64,000 nt of DNA, from assembly GCF_016278385.1 (NCBI RefSeq), contig NZ_JADQBY010000003.1, positions 641 to 64,640 on the forward strand, given 5' to 3'. This document shows positions 46,886-57,304 of this stretch, piece by piece. How positions within the stretch are numbered: the stretch's first letter is position 1; every line of letters begins with the position of its first letter. A program made the position numbers and the translations under genes. Source of the stretch: Methanolobus sp. (GTDB lineage Archaea; Halobacteriota; Methanosarcinia; Methanosarcinales; Methanosarcinaceae). The notes beneath the pieces were generated by a model. It made no database searches, was not told where the DNA came from, and saw nothing but the letters and a program-made list of their open reading frames with translations.

Positions 46886-47884
46886 TCAGTCCCTGTAAAT
46901 AGAAATCATATCACTGAGGATTGCACTTGCAGTTTCAATTGACCCTGCTCCGCGTCCTGTTACAGTAATAGGACCGGAAAGGTCGGTCTGCATGGATGCA
47001 ACATTAAGAGAACCGCCAACTGCCAGTGGATGATCGATTGGAACCAGTTTAGGAGCCACATTTATCCTGCTGTCGTTGACCTCACCTATCAGTTTGATAA
47101 CATAACCATCATTCTGGGCCAGCATAAGTGCTTCAGGTGTTATCTTGGTTATACCTGTAACGGTAACATCTTCATGAGTAGCATTCATTCCAAACACGCA
47201 ATTTGCAAGTATCACAAGTTTGCAGGCTGTATCAATACCCTCAACATCATATGTAGGGTCTGTTTCGGCATATCCGAGTTCCTGTGCCTCTGCAAGCATC
47301 TGTTCATAAGGGGCATGCTCCTCCATCATACGGGTAAGAATATAATTACAGGTACCATTGAATATACCTTCAACATTGGTGATCTTGTTACCTGCAAGCA
47401 CATCCCTTGCAAGATTTAACACAGGCATAGCACCACCTACAGTTGCTTCGAACAGGAATTTGGAACCACTTGCTTCGGCAGCTGCTATGAGCTCACCATA
47501 TTTCATTGCCAGAGGGCCTTTATTAGAGGTAACCAGATCTCTGCCATGCTTAAAAGCCATAAACATGTTCCCAAGACCTGCACCACCTGTTACTATGTTG
47601 GTTGGAGTTGTTTCCACCACCAATTCATGGTCAATGGTTTCTATGATTTCAAGTCCTGTGAGCTTTTCAGAGCCAACGGTTCCTTCTGTCTTTTTTCTGG
47701 AGATTACTGCAGCAAGATCCACACCATCTTCGTCAATGACAGCAGTCCTTGAATCTGCAATCGCAACAACTTTAAAATCAATTCCGATTTTTTCAAGATA
47801 CACTTGCTTATCAAGAATAACTTTTGCAACACCCTGACCCACTGCACCAAAGCCTATAATAGAGAGACGAATAGTTTTCATCAA
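46886..47884 (-). CDS. hom: homoserine dehydrogenase
   Basis: LSIIGFGAVGQGV Rossmann motif. FEATVGGAMPV and GIFNGTCNYILT catalytic-domain motifs. Confidence 0.85.
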   Translation of the reverse strand: MMKTIRLSIIGFGAVGQGVAKVILDKQVYLEKIGIDFKVVAIADSRTAVIDEDGVDLAAVISRKKTEGTVGSEKLTGLEIIETIDHELVVETTPTNIVTGGAGLGNMFMAFKHGRDLVTSNKGPLAMKYGELIAAAEASGSKFLFEATVGGAMPVLNLARDVLAGNKITNVEGIFNGTCNYILTRMMEEHAPYEQMLAEAQELGYAETDPTYDVEGIDTACKLVILANCVFGMNATHEDVTVTGITKITPEALMLAQNDGYVIKLIGEVNDSRINVAPKLVPIDHPLAVGGSLNVASMQTDLSGPITVTGRGAGSIETASAILSDMISIYRD

Positions 47885-48414
47885 ACTGCCCCCAATTCAC
47901 TTTTAATAGGTTCGATGACCAGAAGGTCTTTCTTTTTGGCAATCTCTTTTAGAAGCTCAATAGCTGATGCAAGGTGTTCCTTGCTTACTGCATCTATTTT
48001 TAAGGATGCAGAAGATGGTTTTTTTATCTTTGGCATAGAAAGGTTAAGATCAACAACCTCTGCGTATCCGGTATTGTCAATTGTATCAATGGTGTCCTGG
48101 ATATCAGTATGAACTATATGTCCGATAAGAATTACTGCACCGTGCTCAAAGTATCTCTTTTCATCAATACGTGCAATACCTATATCGCTATCTTCAAGAC
48201 TGGAAATGATACTGTTAAGATTGTCCGGTTTTGTCTCAAAAACGACATTAACCGGGATAGTACCGCGGGGAGTTCTTTTTTCATGATGATGAACCACCGA
48301 TATCAAATTACCTTTGAATTCGGATACCGGCCTTAAAGCAAGAAGTAACTGCCCGGGGATATCTTTTAACTCAATGTCCATAGAAACTCGCATGTATACC
48401 CTCGTAAATGTCAT
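47881..48414 (-). CDS. ACT-domain protein coupled to homoserine dehydrogenase
   Basis: Its stop overlaps the hom start. DIPGQLLLALRPVSEFKGNLISVVH is ACT-like. The start codon is uncertain. Confidence 0.55.
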   Translation of the reverse strand: MTFTRVYMRVSMDIELKDIPGQLLLALRPVSEFKGNLISVVHHHEKRTPRGTIPVNVVFETKPDNLNSIISSLEDSDIGIARIDEKRYFEHGAVILIGHIVHTDIQDTIDTIDNTGYAEVVDLNLSMPKIKKPSSASLKIDAVSKEHLASAIELLKEIAKKKDLLVIEPIKSELGAV

Positions 48415-48673
48415 AAATATAGCAAATAGAACTATTTCTGAATGCTTAAACCCATATACATTAAATGTAGATATATTCTACGTACAAACTTTTTGCTTGT
48501 TTGCTACAAATTTGTTCACATTCGGTTGCAAATCATTACTAGATACACTTAAATAGTACTTAAATTGATACATTTGTCAATAATTGTAAATGATAGACGG
48601 AATATTAGTTCAGTGCTGTAAGAGCAAAGCATACAATACTAATTAACAATCTCTAAAAATATAGCAGAGAGTG

Positions 48674-48804
48674 GGCTCTATAGAAATCCTCACTGTTCGG
48701 ACAACAATTTGATTTCAAAATGTCATCTAATGTGTTGCACGATATTGTATTACAATCTCAACTCCAGTTTATGAATGTTGATTTTGATAGATTTCTACAG
48801 AGCC
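48674..48804. repeat. 15-bp inverted repeat pair enclosing ~100 nt of intergenic DNA
   Basis: GGCTCTATAGAAATC (48674-48688) and GATTTCTACAGAGCC (48790-48804). 14 of 15 positions are complementary. Confidence 0.5.
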
Positions 48805-48818
48805 ATTTTGTGTGTATA

Positions 48819-49052
48819 TTATATTTTGGCGCGACGTGCAAAGGCATTTGTTAGTGCTGTATACATATATATTGCAACTCCAGCCCATATAAGGATTGAT
48901 GCAACCTGATTTTGTCCAAGAAACATTAGCATCAATCCTATACCGAGTATGAATATATTTATTCTATTGATCTTCCTGTTTCTAACAAGAATACTGCGAG
49001 ACTTATGTTTTCTGATTATTCTTTCCTTTTTCTCTAGTTTCAAGATGTTCAC
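48819..49052 (-). CDS. small basic two-TM protein, hypothetical
   Basis: 77 aa with a GTG start, a basic N-terminus and two hydrophobic helices. It lies 28 nt downstream of the CarA-N-like gene. Confidence 0.35.
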   Translation of the reverse strand: MNILKLEKKERIIRKHKSRSILVRNRKINRINIFILGIGLMLMFLGQNQVASILIWAGVAIYMYTALTNAFARRAKI

Positions 49053-49080
49053 CTTATTTTCATATCATTTTACTACTTGT

Positions 49081-49566
49081 TCATGTTAGCACCCTATCAA
49101 GGCATCCCATGTCCCGTGCCTTTTTAATCTCATTTGCTATCCTTCGACCTGTGGATAATTCAGGCTGGATGAACTCAGAGTATGGTGAACCATTAATGTA
49201 CGGATTTGTCCCTGCAACTATTCTGGTATCTACTCCTTCTATTCCTGGAGTACCATTCTTTTTCATGAATGTGTCAAGATCCATCTGTGATCTCCAGTTA
49301 CTAGGAGTTCTACAGAGTTCTTTCACCACAAAGCCACTTGCTTTTATACTGTCTGACTCATAGTCTTCATTACAAACCCCGTAATTTCCGACCAATGGAT
49401 AGGTCGACATGAGTATCTGTCCTGTATAGGAAGGATCGGTAAGTGATTCCACATAACCCGTCATTGCTGTATTAAATACTAACTCCCCATATGTTTCACC
49501 TACTGCTCCGAAACCTTTCCCAAATATTGTAGTACCGTCTTCGAGTACTAATATTGCTTTTTTCAT
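49081..49566 (-). CDS. stand-alone carbamoyl-phosphate synthase small-subunit N-terminal domain protein (no glutaminase domain)
   Basis: [61 protein letters not shown]...GFVVKE...GIEGVDTR matches the CarA N-domain. After DTR the sequence diverges and ends at 161 aa. Confidence 0.7.
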   Translation of the reverse strand: MKKAILVLEDGTTIFGKGFGAVGETYGELVFNTAMTGYVESLTDPSYTGQILMSTYPLVGNYGVCNEDYESDSIKASGFVVKELCRTPSNWRSQMDLDTFMKKNGTPGIEGVDTRIVAGTNPYINGSPYSEFIQPELSTGRRIANEIKKARDMGCLDRVLT

Positions 49567-49568
49567 GA

Positions 49569-51149
49569 TTATCCCAGTGATTTTCGAATTTTTCCCATTT
49601 TGAAAAATGTTGACTGTATGAGCTGTAATAAATCCTTATCCATATCAATGGAACTACTATTTGCCAATAAGACTCCCGCCGGCACCATCTCAAGCAGAAT
49701 TTCATAGGATGGGTCACATTCATTGTCCAGATCAAATATCTCTCTTAGAATATCGACATCTTGTGAAACACAGTTCATGAAATCTTTTGATAGGAATTTA
49801 GATGCTGCACTCATGTTTAAGTAATCAAAAGCAAATTTAAAATCAGATTGCAGGGTAGGGAAATACTTTGTAAGCAATCGCTCACAAACATTTTCACCCA
49901 TTTTATCCCTTACATCTGCTATAGCACATCCTGTTCCGATGATCTCAGGAGGCAAGCCTATTGAATAAAATGCGCCTGTAAACTTTATTGCCCTTGGTAG
50001 ATTCAGATTTCTTACTGGCATGCTAGATTCTAGTTCTTGCTTTATATCACTGCGACAAAAACCAGATATCTGTGTTACATCGGGTGCATCTCTCGAGTAT
50101 CCAGTTTTTCCACCACGTGTAAGACGATCACGCTGCTGAGGCAGAAAATCAGATATACTGTTTACAACTGGTGATATACTTTGTATTGCTCTGTTGTACC
50201 GAGCACCGAATATTGCTATGATGTTGATGAGCTCTTCTTTTTCATCATCAGAGAATTCATCAGGAGATCTTGACAGTTTGTTTTTAGCATGTTTTACAAA
50301 ATTCTCTGCGTCTCCTTTCTTGTGGTCGTATCTTATTCCGGACTGAAGTGTTATAGTATCTATCCCTCGGTATTCTTCGAAAAAACTATCAGCATTTTTG
50401 AGGGTCACGTGTCCTCTAAAAGGAAGAGCACCACCTCCAAATATGATTCCTATTTTTGTATCAATGCCAGCTTCTAATTCATGAAGACTGCTTATGGCAT
50501 ATTTACACGAGAGAGTACTCGCGACATGACCAAATGTCAATGCAGAATCGGATTTTCCAATAAATATTCTGTATCTTTCAAACGTATCATTTAGCTGATT
50601 TTGGCAGCCAAGGATAGTATTGGAAATTATATTTTTTGCATTCAGGAGACCAGGCACATCTTCAATTAAAGGTATTATTCGTGGAGGTTCCATTTCGAAA
50701 TTGAACTCTTTTTTGGCCAATTTACTCACATCTATCATGTGTTGCTGCGCCTCTACGATTTCTTCAAAGGTACTTGTCATGGGATGTACCAATTCTGAGA
50801 TTGCCTGAAAATCTGAATATTCATAGGCGTTGTAGTTGGCTTCAGCAACAGACATCATAACCATAAGTTGTCTGAATCTGTTTTCGTGAGCTGCACTTGG
50901 TGCTCTTGGAGTGATGAATACATCTTTACCAGGAATAAGTCCGGTTTCTTCGATAATCTTTGATACGATCTGGACATTTTGATGATAAGGTGTGGTCTTC
51001 CCTTCATAATCAGGCATGTATTCATCGCAGTCATATTTTGTGATCGCTTCAATGGCTTCTATAATCTCTTCCTGAGTAGAGATGTACTTTGACACTGAAT
51101 CTGGGTGCTGTGTACACATCACGTTTGGAAATTTGATATTTGATGTCAT
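49569..51149 (-). CDS. ppcA: archaeal-type phosphoenolpyruvate carboxylase
   Basis: [18 protein letters not shown]...[11 protein letters not shown]...[23 protein letters not shown] matches the PepcA (atPEPC) N-terminus. 526 aa. Confidence 0.85.
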   Translation of the reverse strand: MTSNIKFPNVMCTQHPDSVSKYISTQEEIIEAIEAITKYDCDEYMPDYEGKTTPYHQNVQIVSKIIEETGLIPGKDVFITPRAPSAAHENRFRQLMVMMSVAEANYNAYEYSDFQAISELVHPMTSTFEEIVEAQQHMIDVSKLAKKEFNFEMEPPRIIPLIEDVPGLLNAKNIISNTILGCQNQLNDTFERYRIFIGKSDSALTFGHVASTLSCKYAISSLHELEAGIDTKIGIIFGGGALPFRGHVTLKNADSFFEEYRGIDTITLQSGIRYDHKKGDAENFVKHAKNKLSRSPDEFSDDEKEELINIIAIFGARYNRAIQSISPVVNSISDFLPQQRDRLTRGGKTGYSRDAPDVTQISGFCRSDIKQELESSMPVRNLNLPRAIKFTGAFYSIGLPPEIIGTGCAIADVRDKMGENVCERLLTKYFPTLQSDFKFAFDYLNMSAASKFLSKDFMNCVSQDVDILREIFDLDNECDPSYEILLEMVPAGVLLANSSSIDMDKDLLQLIQSTFFKMGKIRKSLG

Positions 51150-51313
51150 ATTTGAGTCACGCTTGATATGACTAATTATGATAACTTATTTAAAGTTATT
51201 GTAACATATGAGTTTTTAAGATAATTTATTATAAATGAGGACAACCATATGTTTAAATATATTATCATATATTTGCATATGTTCTCATATTATTAAATGA
51301 AAAAGGTGAACCA

Positions 51314-51793
51314 ATGACTGATGTAATAGTAATACTCGGAAGCAAATCAGATAGAGATGTAGCAAAAAAAACGATTGATATTTTCAATCAATTCGATGTT
51401 GAATATGAAATTACAGTCGCATCAGCACATAGAACACCCAGTAGAGTAATTGAGATAATCCAAGAAGCTCATAAAAATGATGTAAAAGTCTTCATAGCTG
51501 TCGCAGGGCTCGCAGCACATCTTCCTGGTGTTGTGGCGGCACACACGATAAAACCAGTTATTGGAGTTCCTGTAAATGCTGAACTTGACGGAAATGATTC
51601 TCTGCTCTCTATTGTTCAGATGCCTCCAGGTATTCCAGTTGCATGTGTGGGGATTGGAAGAGGAGATAACGCAGGAATTCTAGCCGTTCAAATAATGGCA
51701 ACTAATAACAAAGAATTGGAGACAAAATTGACAGATTATAGAAGAGAACTTGCCGAAAAAGTAGAAAGGGATGCTCTAAGCTTATTTGAATAA
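51314..51793 (+). CDS. purE: PurE (AIR carboxylase / N5-CAIR mutase)
   Basis: VILGSKSD...ASAHRTP...[15 protein letters not shown]...PVIGVP motifs. 159 aa. Confidence 0.9.
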   Translation: MTDVIVILGSKSDRDVAKKTIDIFNQFDVEYEITVASAHRTPSRVIEIIQEAHKNDVKVFIAVAGLAAHLPGVVAAHTIKPVIGVPVNAELDGNDSLLSIVQMPPGIPVACVGIGRGDNAGILAVQIMATNNKELETKLTDYRRELAEKVERDALSLFE

Positions 51794-51852
51794 ATTCAAG
51801 TAAAGTTTTAGTGAAATATTATCTGCATAAACTTGAGCAGTAAATTCATTCC

Positions 51853-51877
51853 ATGCTTCAATGCAACATTGAAGCAT
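51853..51877 (+). terminator. perfect 10-bp hairpin downstream of purE
   Basis: ATGCTTCAAT-gcaac-ATTGAAGCAT, then TTCTATTC. Confidence 0.4.
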
Positions 51878-51921
51878 TTCTATTCATAGATACCAGCGTC
51901 TTCTAAGAAAGAAATCTGGGT

Positions 51922-52190
51922 GTGCAGGGTGATGCGAGAGATAGTAAAATACTAAAGAAAGTAAACACCACTAATGCTAAATATATAGTCAGTACTACAG
52001 ATCAAGACAACACAAAAATACTTGTCTGTCAGATAAAAAAACTAAGTTAGGATTCTAAAAAGAACAAATCGTTGCCAAAGTCAACAATATAGAAAAATAT
52101 TATGCATTCTGGGATCTTGAGATTCGTGCTATGAATCCTGCAATGAGTTCAGCTGTTATTCTTGTCAATATGACAGGAAGGCGTTGGTAA
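51922..52190 (+). pseudogene. remnant of a TrkA-N/KTN (NAD-binding) domain gene
   Basis: VQGDARDSKILKKVNTTNAKYIVSTTDQDNTKILVCQIKKL, then, after a frameshift and stop, KEQIVAKVNNIEKYYAFWDLEIRAMNPAMSSAVIL. The GxGxxG N-terminus is absent. It ends at the IS boundary. Confidence 0.55.
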
Positions 52191-52920
52191 GTAAACACTG
52201 TTACATGAAATGAGGACTTATAGTTCTGCATGAATTGCCCCCGGTGTAAAAGTTCCCATCATAAAAAGAACGGAAAAATAAGTGAACACCAACGCTATAA
52301 ATGCCATGATTGCGGATATAGCTATTCGGCAGGGGGATAAAATCAACTGCTAGTCCCTTATCTGTTAAACGACGGGCTTTACAGCTTTGTCTTGAAGAAT
52401 TGGGATTTCGTTCAATCGGACGTTTTTTAGAAGTAAGTCATGTTTCTGTTCAAAAATGGATAAAGACATTTGGCTAGGAATTAGAGGATTTGAAAAGCGA
52501 AAATGAGATCATGATCGTTGAATTAGAGGAGATGCACACTTACATCGGGAACACAAAAAATATTGCTGAATCTGGATTTCTGTTGATAGAGTTGGAAAAA
52601 AGTTCATAGACTGTTCTTTTGGTAGTAGGGGGACAGAAACAGGACAAAAACTCTGGAACAAATTGAAGGAGATTGGGGAAGTGATAACTGACCACTGGAG
52701 GGCATATGCAGAGTTTCTCCCAAGCAGTATTCATACTCGATCCAAAGCTGAAACATATACCATTGAAGGATACAACAGCATACTTAGGCATTTTCTGCCA
52801 AGATTAAGGAGAAAGTCAAAATGTTATACATAGAGTCTTGAAATCTTGAAGTACTCTGTTCTTCTTTTGATGAAATACAGAAATAAAGATAGGACTATGT
52901 TTAGTTAACAATGCCCAATA
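52190..52920 (+). mobile_element. decayed IS1-family insertion sequence (boundaries approximate)
   Basis: InsA-like Zn-finger/HTH and InsB-like DDE reading frames. Imperfect terminal inverted repeats around CACTGTTAC (52195-52203) and GTTAACAATG (52904-52913). Confidence 0.5.
52230..52908 (+). pseudogene. IS1-family transposase (InsA/InsB), multiply disrupted
   Basis: MNCPRCKSSHHKKNGKISEHQRYKCHDCGYSY, then an HTH in another frame. MHTYIGN..YC*IWISVDRVGKKFIDCSFGSRGTETGQKLW...TDHWRAYAEF...TIEGYNSILRHFLPRLRRKSKCYT*SLEILKYSVLLL. There are at least two frameshifts, an in-frame TGA and an in-frame TAG. Confidence 0.75.
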
Positions 52921-52969
52921 TTTTTCTGTTCCATTTCTAGTTATTATTCCCCAATATTATACTGTAGCT

Positions 52970-55024
52970 TTAGCGATTAAGGAAAAGATTGTGATTAGTT
53001 TTATCATCAAATCTTTCTTCAGATGCTGGATAAGTTATTATAAGGTTGCTTTTGAACAATGTAGTAATACGCTTTGGTAGTACCTGCAATACCGAATGCC
53101 ACCCTGGAGTATCTCGGTGAGTACTTGCAATTATTATTAGATCATTTTGACATTCGCCTCTTGCATTCAGAGAGTCTATGAGCATATCCCATCCTTCTAT
53201 ACCTTCAAACACTATAGAAATATCAGATCCTGAACTATCGAAAAATTCCTTATATTTCATAGGATCATCATCGACCACCATAGCTTTTACAGGTGCTGAT
53301 GTATGTTCAGCGATCCTTTTTATGGAATCCACTACGGAACAAAAACCTGGATTGTGATCCATACCTTGAGGGATTATAAGAGTGATTCCCTGCGTATTGC
53401 ACAAAGGAGTCCTAATCATTGAAACGAGCACAAGTTTCTTAGTTTTCCTTATTACCTGATCAATGACCGGACCAATAATACTTTCTTTTAGAGAATGAAC
53501 ACCATTCCAGCCTATTACGATGGTTGAGATCCTGTTCTCAAGTACTGCTCCCATTATACCTGAAGCTACATTGTAGCGAAGTCGCACATGAGTTTTTACG
53601 GGAACTTCAGCGCATGCTGCATAATTAATGGTCTCAAAAAGCATTTTCTCAGCTTCTGCAACCTTTTTTTCAGAGTTATCGGAATCTTGTTTTACAACAG
53701 AAAGTACATGCAGTGGTTCACTGGATTTTTTCTCCCGAATCATCAGGGCCAGATCCATTAAAAGTTGCTTGTACGTAGATTGCGCCGAAAAAGAAACCAG
53801 TATACGAGAGTCTGATTCCAGAGTATTGCATGTGACACTATTATCTGCAAGGGAAACTCTTTTACCATATATTTCAACAATCTGAGGACTTATTACCCCG
53901 ACAATAAGTATCATCATTATTACGGCGTTTATCATGCTCTCATTGAAAAGACCCGCTTCAAAACCAACGAGCACAATTGCAAGTGCTGCTGCAGCATGCC
54001 CTATAGACAAGCCGAACATGGTCATTATTTGGTCCTTACTATAATGGTACATTTTTCCTGCAAGCCATGCAGCTCCAAACTTGGCACTGATCATAACGCC
54101 TATCATCAAGAATCCCAAGGTGAGCTGATTTCCTCCTCCAAAAAAAGAATGAACATTTGTAAGCATTCCCACTGAAAGAAGGAAGAAAGGTATGAACAGT
54201 ACGTTTCCGGCAAACTCTATTCTGTTCATGAGGGGACTGGTATTTGGAATTAGACGGTTAAGCAAAAGACCGGCAAGAAAAGATCCAATAATAGGTTCGA
54301 TTCCAGCAATTTCTGCAAGATATGCAAGTATAAATGCTATAGCCAACACAAAAAGAAATTCAAAATAACTCTCATCTGTAAGTTTACTGAAAAACCATCG
54401 TGCAATGCGTGGTACAATGAACAACGAACCTACAAAGAAAACAACCAAACCGAAAAGCAACTTGATCCAGAAGAGCATATCAAGGCTTCCCTCTAGGGAA
54501 GAGACCACAACAGCCAGGATCATCAGGGTCAGTGTATCAGTAAGTAAAGTAGCCCCAATTGCAGCAGTAATGCCTTCATTGTTGACGATACCCAGCTTCT
54601 TGATAACAGGATATGCAAGCAAGGTTTGTGAAGCAAACACGGAAGCAAAAAGGAGGGCTTCAGTGAAAGACAGACCCAATACATAATATCCTGCAGCGGT
54701 CCCTGCAACCTGTGGAATTAAAAATGATAATATGCCAAAGACCAAGCTCCGATCTATCTTCTCAATGAACTTGTTAATATTAATCTCAAGTCCTGCTATG
54801 AACATCAGGTAGACAAGACCAATTTCACCAAGAAGCACAATGGTCTCATCTCTCTCCAGTATATGCAAAGCATTGGGACCGATTAATGCACCAGCAAGAA
54901 TAACACCGATCATCCCCGGTAATCTTAATGATTTGAATAGAAGAGGTGCTATAAGGAAAACAAGCATCGACAACGCAAAGATCAATACAGGCTCATGTAT
55001 GGGGATTGATGGGAACATGTTCAT
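52970..55024 (-). CDS. CPA2-family cation:proton antiporter with a C-terminal USP-like tandem domain
   Basis: About 12 TM helices (LPGMIGVILAGALIGPN..., Kef/NapA-like), then a ~270-aa soluble C-terminus of alpha/beta character. Confidence 0.8.
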   Translation of the reverse strand: MNMFPSIPIHEPVLIFALSMLVFLIAPLLFKSLRLPGMIGVILAGALIGPNALHILERDETIVLLGEIGLVYLMFIAGLEININKFIEKIDRSLVFGILSFLIPQVAGTAAGYYVLGLSFTEALLFASVFASQTLLAYPVIKKLGIVNNEGITAAIGATLLTDTLTLMILAVVVSSLEGSLDMLFWIKLLFGLVVFFVGSLFIVPRIARWFFSKLTDESYFEFLFVLAIAFILAYLAEIAGIEPIIGSFLAGLLLNRLIPNTSPLMNRIEFAGNVLFIPFFLLSVGMLTNVHSFFGGGNQLTLGFLMIGVMISAKFGAAWLAGKMYHYSKDQIMTMFGLSIGHAAAALAIVLVGFEAGLFNESMINAVIMMILIVGVISPQIVEIYGKRVSLADNSVTCNTLESDSRILVSFSAQSTYKQLLMDLALMIREKKSSEPLHVLSVVKQDSDNSEKKVAEAEKMLFETINYAACAEVPVKTHVRLRYNVASGIMGAVLENRISTIVIGWNGVHSLKESIIGPVIDQVIRKTKKLVLVSMIRTPLCNTQGITLIIPQGMDHNPGFCSVVDSIKRIAEHTSAPVKAMVVDDDPMKYKEFFDSSGSDISIVFEGIEGWDMLIDSLNARGECQNDLIIIASTHRDTPGWHSVLQVLPKRITTLFKSNLIITYPASEERFDDKTNHNLFLNR

Positions 55025-55057
55025 TCTCTATAATTAATAATCAACGCATATTTGCGA

Positions 55058-55345
55058 TTACAAATATGTATCTTCCATTTTCTGCAATACTTTCTTCCCG
55101 AGACCTGTTAAAATATATTTTTTCCATGTCGACTTATCGGGGGTTAAACACATAATTAAATTATTAGATTCCAGTTCTCTCAAAGCACGGCTGATATTTT
55201 GAGTTGACCTGTTCGTTTCACGAGCAATATCTGAAGCTGTGATAACATTATGGCTTCGCATAGATTTCATAAGAATAAGGCGTCTATCAACAGTTATGAC
55301 CCATATAAGCAGCTCATCAATTGAATTCTCGTTCTGATCTTCCAT
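55058..55345 (-). CDS. winged-helix transcriptional regulator
   Basis: ITASDIARETNRSTQNISRALRELESNNLIMC. 95 aa. Confidence 0.65.
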   Translation of the reverse strand: MEDQNENSIDELLIWVITVDRRLILMKSMRSHNVITASDIARETNRSTQNISRALRELESNNLIMCLTPDKSTWKKYILTGLGKKVLQKMEDTYL

Positions 55346-55375
55346 TGTGATACCTTCAAATGTGAGTTTCCAATA

Positions 55376-56143
55376 TCATATATTAGTCTTTTGGATTTTG
55401 TTAAAAATTTCCCTATATGCAAGGCTCAAATCACCAGTACTCTTTCTGAACACATCTTTATCGAGGCTTTTTATAACTCCTTTTTCAAATTCTTCCATTT
55501 TCCAGAAGCGACATCCATCTGGAGTTCCCACTTCATCTGCAAGAATTATTTCGCCACTAGAAGTCCGTCCATACTCCACTTTAAAGTCTGCTAATATTAT
55601 GTTACTATTAGCCAGTTCCTGGCCCAATATTTCATTTATCTTTTTTGTTATGTTAGTTATAGTTTCTATTTCTTCTTTGTTTAGCCAGCCATTGGATATT
55701 ATTTCATCTATATTAATAGGCCTGTCCACAGCTTCAAATTTTGTCGTGAATTCAATCATTCCATCAGGTATTGCGGAACCTTCGATTGGTTCGGCACCTT
55801 CTGGAAGCACTGTGTCTCCTACTTCATAGCGCCGTAAGAGGGATCCTGCCACGTAATTCCTCCAAATTACTTCTACAGGTATTATGTCCAAGCGTTTAAC
55901 AATCATACTTGTTGATGTTGGACATTCAATGTAATGCGTAGGTATGCCATTATGATCTAATACCTTAAACCAATATTCTGCCAACTTACAAGTAATTTCA
56001 CCTTTTTCTTGATACTCTGATTTCTTTTTACCGTCAAAGGCAGTTACCCTATCAGTAAACTCAAAAAGAAGGGTGTCTATTGAACATTCATAAACATCCT
56101 TAGCTTTTCCAGAAAAAATATATGTTGACTTTTTTTGCTGCAT
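55376..56143 (-). CDS. purC: SAICAR synthase
   Basis: IFSGKAKDVY...FEFTDRVTAFDGKK...IILADFKVEYG...ILADEVGTPDGCRFW. Confidence 0.9.
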   Translation of the reverse strand: MQQKKSTYIFSGKAKDVYECSIDTLLFEFTDRVTAFDGKKKSEYQEKGEITCKLAEYWFKVLDHNGIPTHYIECPTSTSMIVKRLDIIPVEVIWRNYVAGSLLRRYEVGDTVLPEGAEPIEGSAIPDGMIEFTTKFEAVDRPINIDEIISNGWLNKEEIETITNITKKINEILGQELANSNIILADFKVEYGRTSSGEIILADEVGTPDGCRFWKMEEFEKGVIKSLDKDVFRKSTGDLSLAYREIFNKIQKTNI

Positions 56144-56512
56144 ATATTATTAAATCAGACTCATAACTTAAATATCTTATCATATTTTCTCATATACTTG
56201 AACAGAAGGCATTTTCATAATTATTTATAGATTACTACAATGTTTCTGTAAGCACACGTACTTTTTCCTTATGCACATATAAATTATTAATCCAGATATC
56301 AGACAAAAGTGAACTACTTCAAAAAGCTTCTTGAACCTTTTTCCAACACATTAGAAAGCATACAATATCCAGGAATCCCCTTGAAAACAACATTATGCCC
56401 TCATACCTACTTGCTATTTTTCTAAATCCCATCTTCAATCATGCAAAGAAATGTCCCATGTCACTCTTTTACGATATGACCCATACTCGAATCTTGTGGA
56501 TCTTCCTCTTTT

Positions 56513-57304
56513 TTATGTTTCTGATTCCGAATCTTCAAGAATGATCACATTACCCCGGCCTTTCTTAAATTTCCGGACAATACCACGACTCTCAAGATCC
56601 GACACCATAAGACTGACCTTTGCTTCGGAATGCTTTACTTTTGTACGCAGATCTTTCTGAGTAATCCGGCCATCACTTTTCACAATGATATTTATGACCT
56701 GCCGAAGATCATCAGGTAAATCCTGCCATTTATCATCAGGCAATATTAATCCTAACTCACCTTCATCGATATATTCGTCCTCATTTACCAGGACTGATTT
56801 CGCACTGCGCTGTTTTACAAAATAATATCCACCTGCAATAAAGCCTATAAGAAGTATGAAAACAAACACAATCACATAAGGTGAAATTGTCCCCTGGTCA
56901 TCATCTGAAAAACTGGCGATCACATCAAGCTCTGAAAACTCACTTTCATTAAATGAAGCATCATAGTAGATAGGAAGCAGTATCATATCCATAACATAAT
57001 CGCCATCATCTGTGATGGTAATCTGTTCTTCAGTATATGAAACCAGATTGGTACCGCTATAATAACTGGCTGATAGTGTGTAATTCCCAGGTGTCAGATT
57101 AAATGAATAGATACCATAGTTGGCAAGCATCGATTGGGGAGGAGTGGAATTTATCTCAACGATAGCATGCTCCAGTGGATCAAAAGAGTCCCACTCGTAC
57201 ACTGCACCATGAATAGTTGCTGTTTCAGCAGCACTTGAAAACTGTACACCTATAAATAGCAGGATGCAGATAATACTGAAGAGAGTTCTTTTTTTCATTA
57301 GCAC
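56513..57304 (-). CDS. membrane-spanning regulator: extracellular carboxypeptidase-regulatory-like domain, one TM, cytoplasmic winged helix
   Basis: Signal peptide. IHGAVYEWDSFDPLEHAIVEINS...GIYSFNLTPGNYTLSASY. TM segment YVIVFVFILLIGFIAGGYYFV. C-terminal ITQKDLRTKVKHSEAKVSLMVSDLESRGIVRKFKKGRGNVI. Confidence 0.65.
   Translation of the reverse strand: MLMKKRTLFSIICILLFIGVQFSSAAETATIHGAVYEWDSFDPLEHAIVEINSTPPQSMLANYGIYSFNLTPGNYTLSASYYSGTNLVSYTEEQITITDDGDYVMDMILLPIYYDASFNESEFSELDVIASFSDDDQGTISPYVIVFVFILLIGFIAGGYYFVKQRSAKSVLVNEDEYIDEGELGLILPDDKWQDLPDDLRQVINIIVKSDGRITQKDLRTKVKHSEAKVSLMVSDLESRGIVRKFKKGRGNVIILEDSESET

Noticed and set aside
52540-52791. 83-aa minus-strand ORF
   Set aside because: It is antisense to the recognisable IS1-family transposase remnants and has no independent support.
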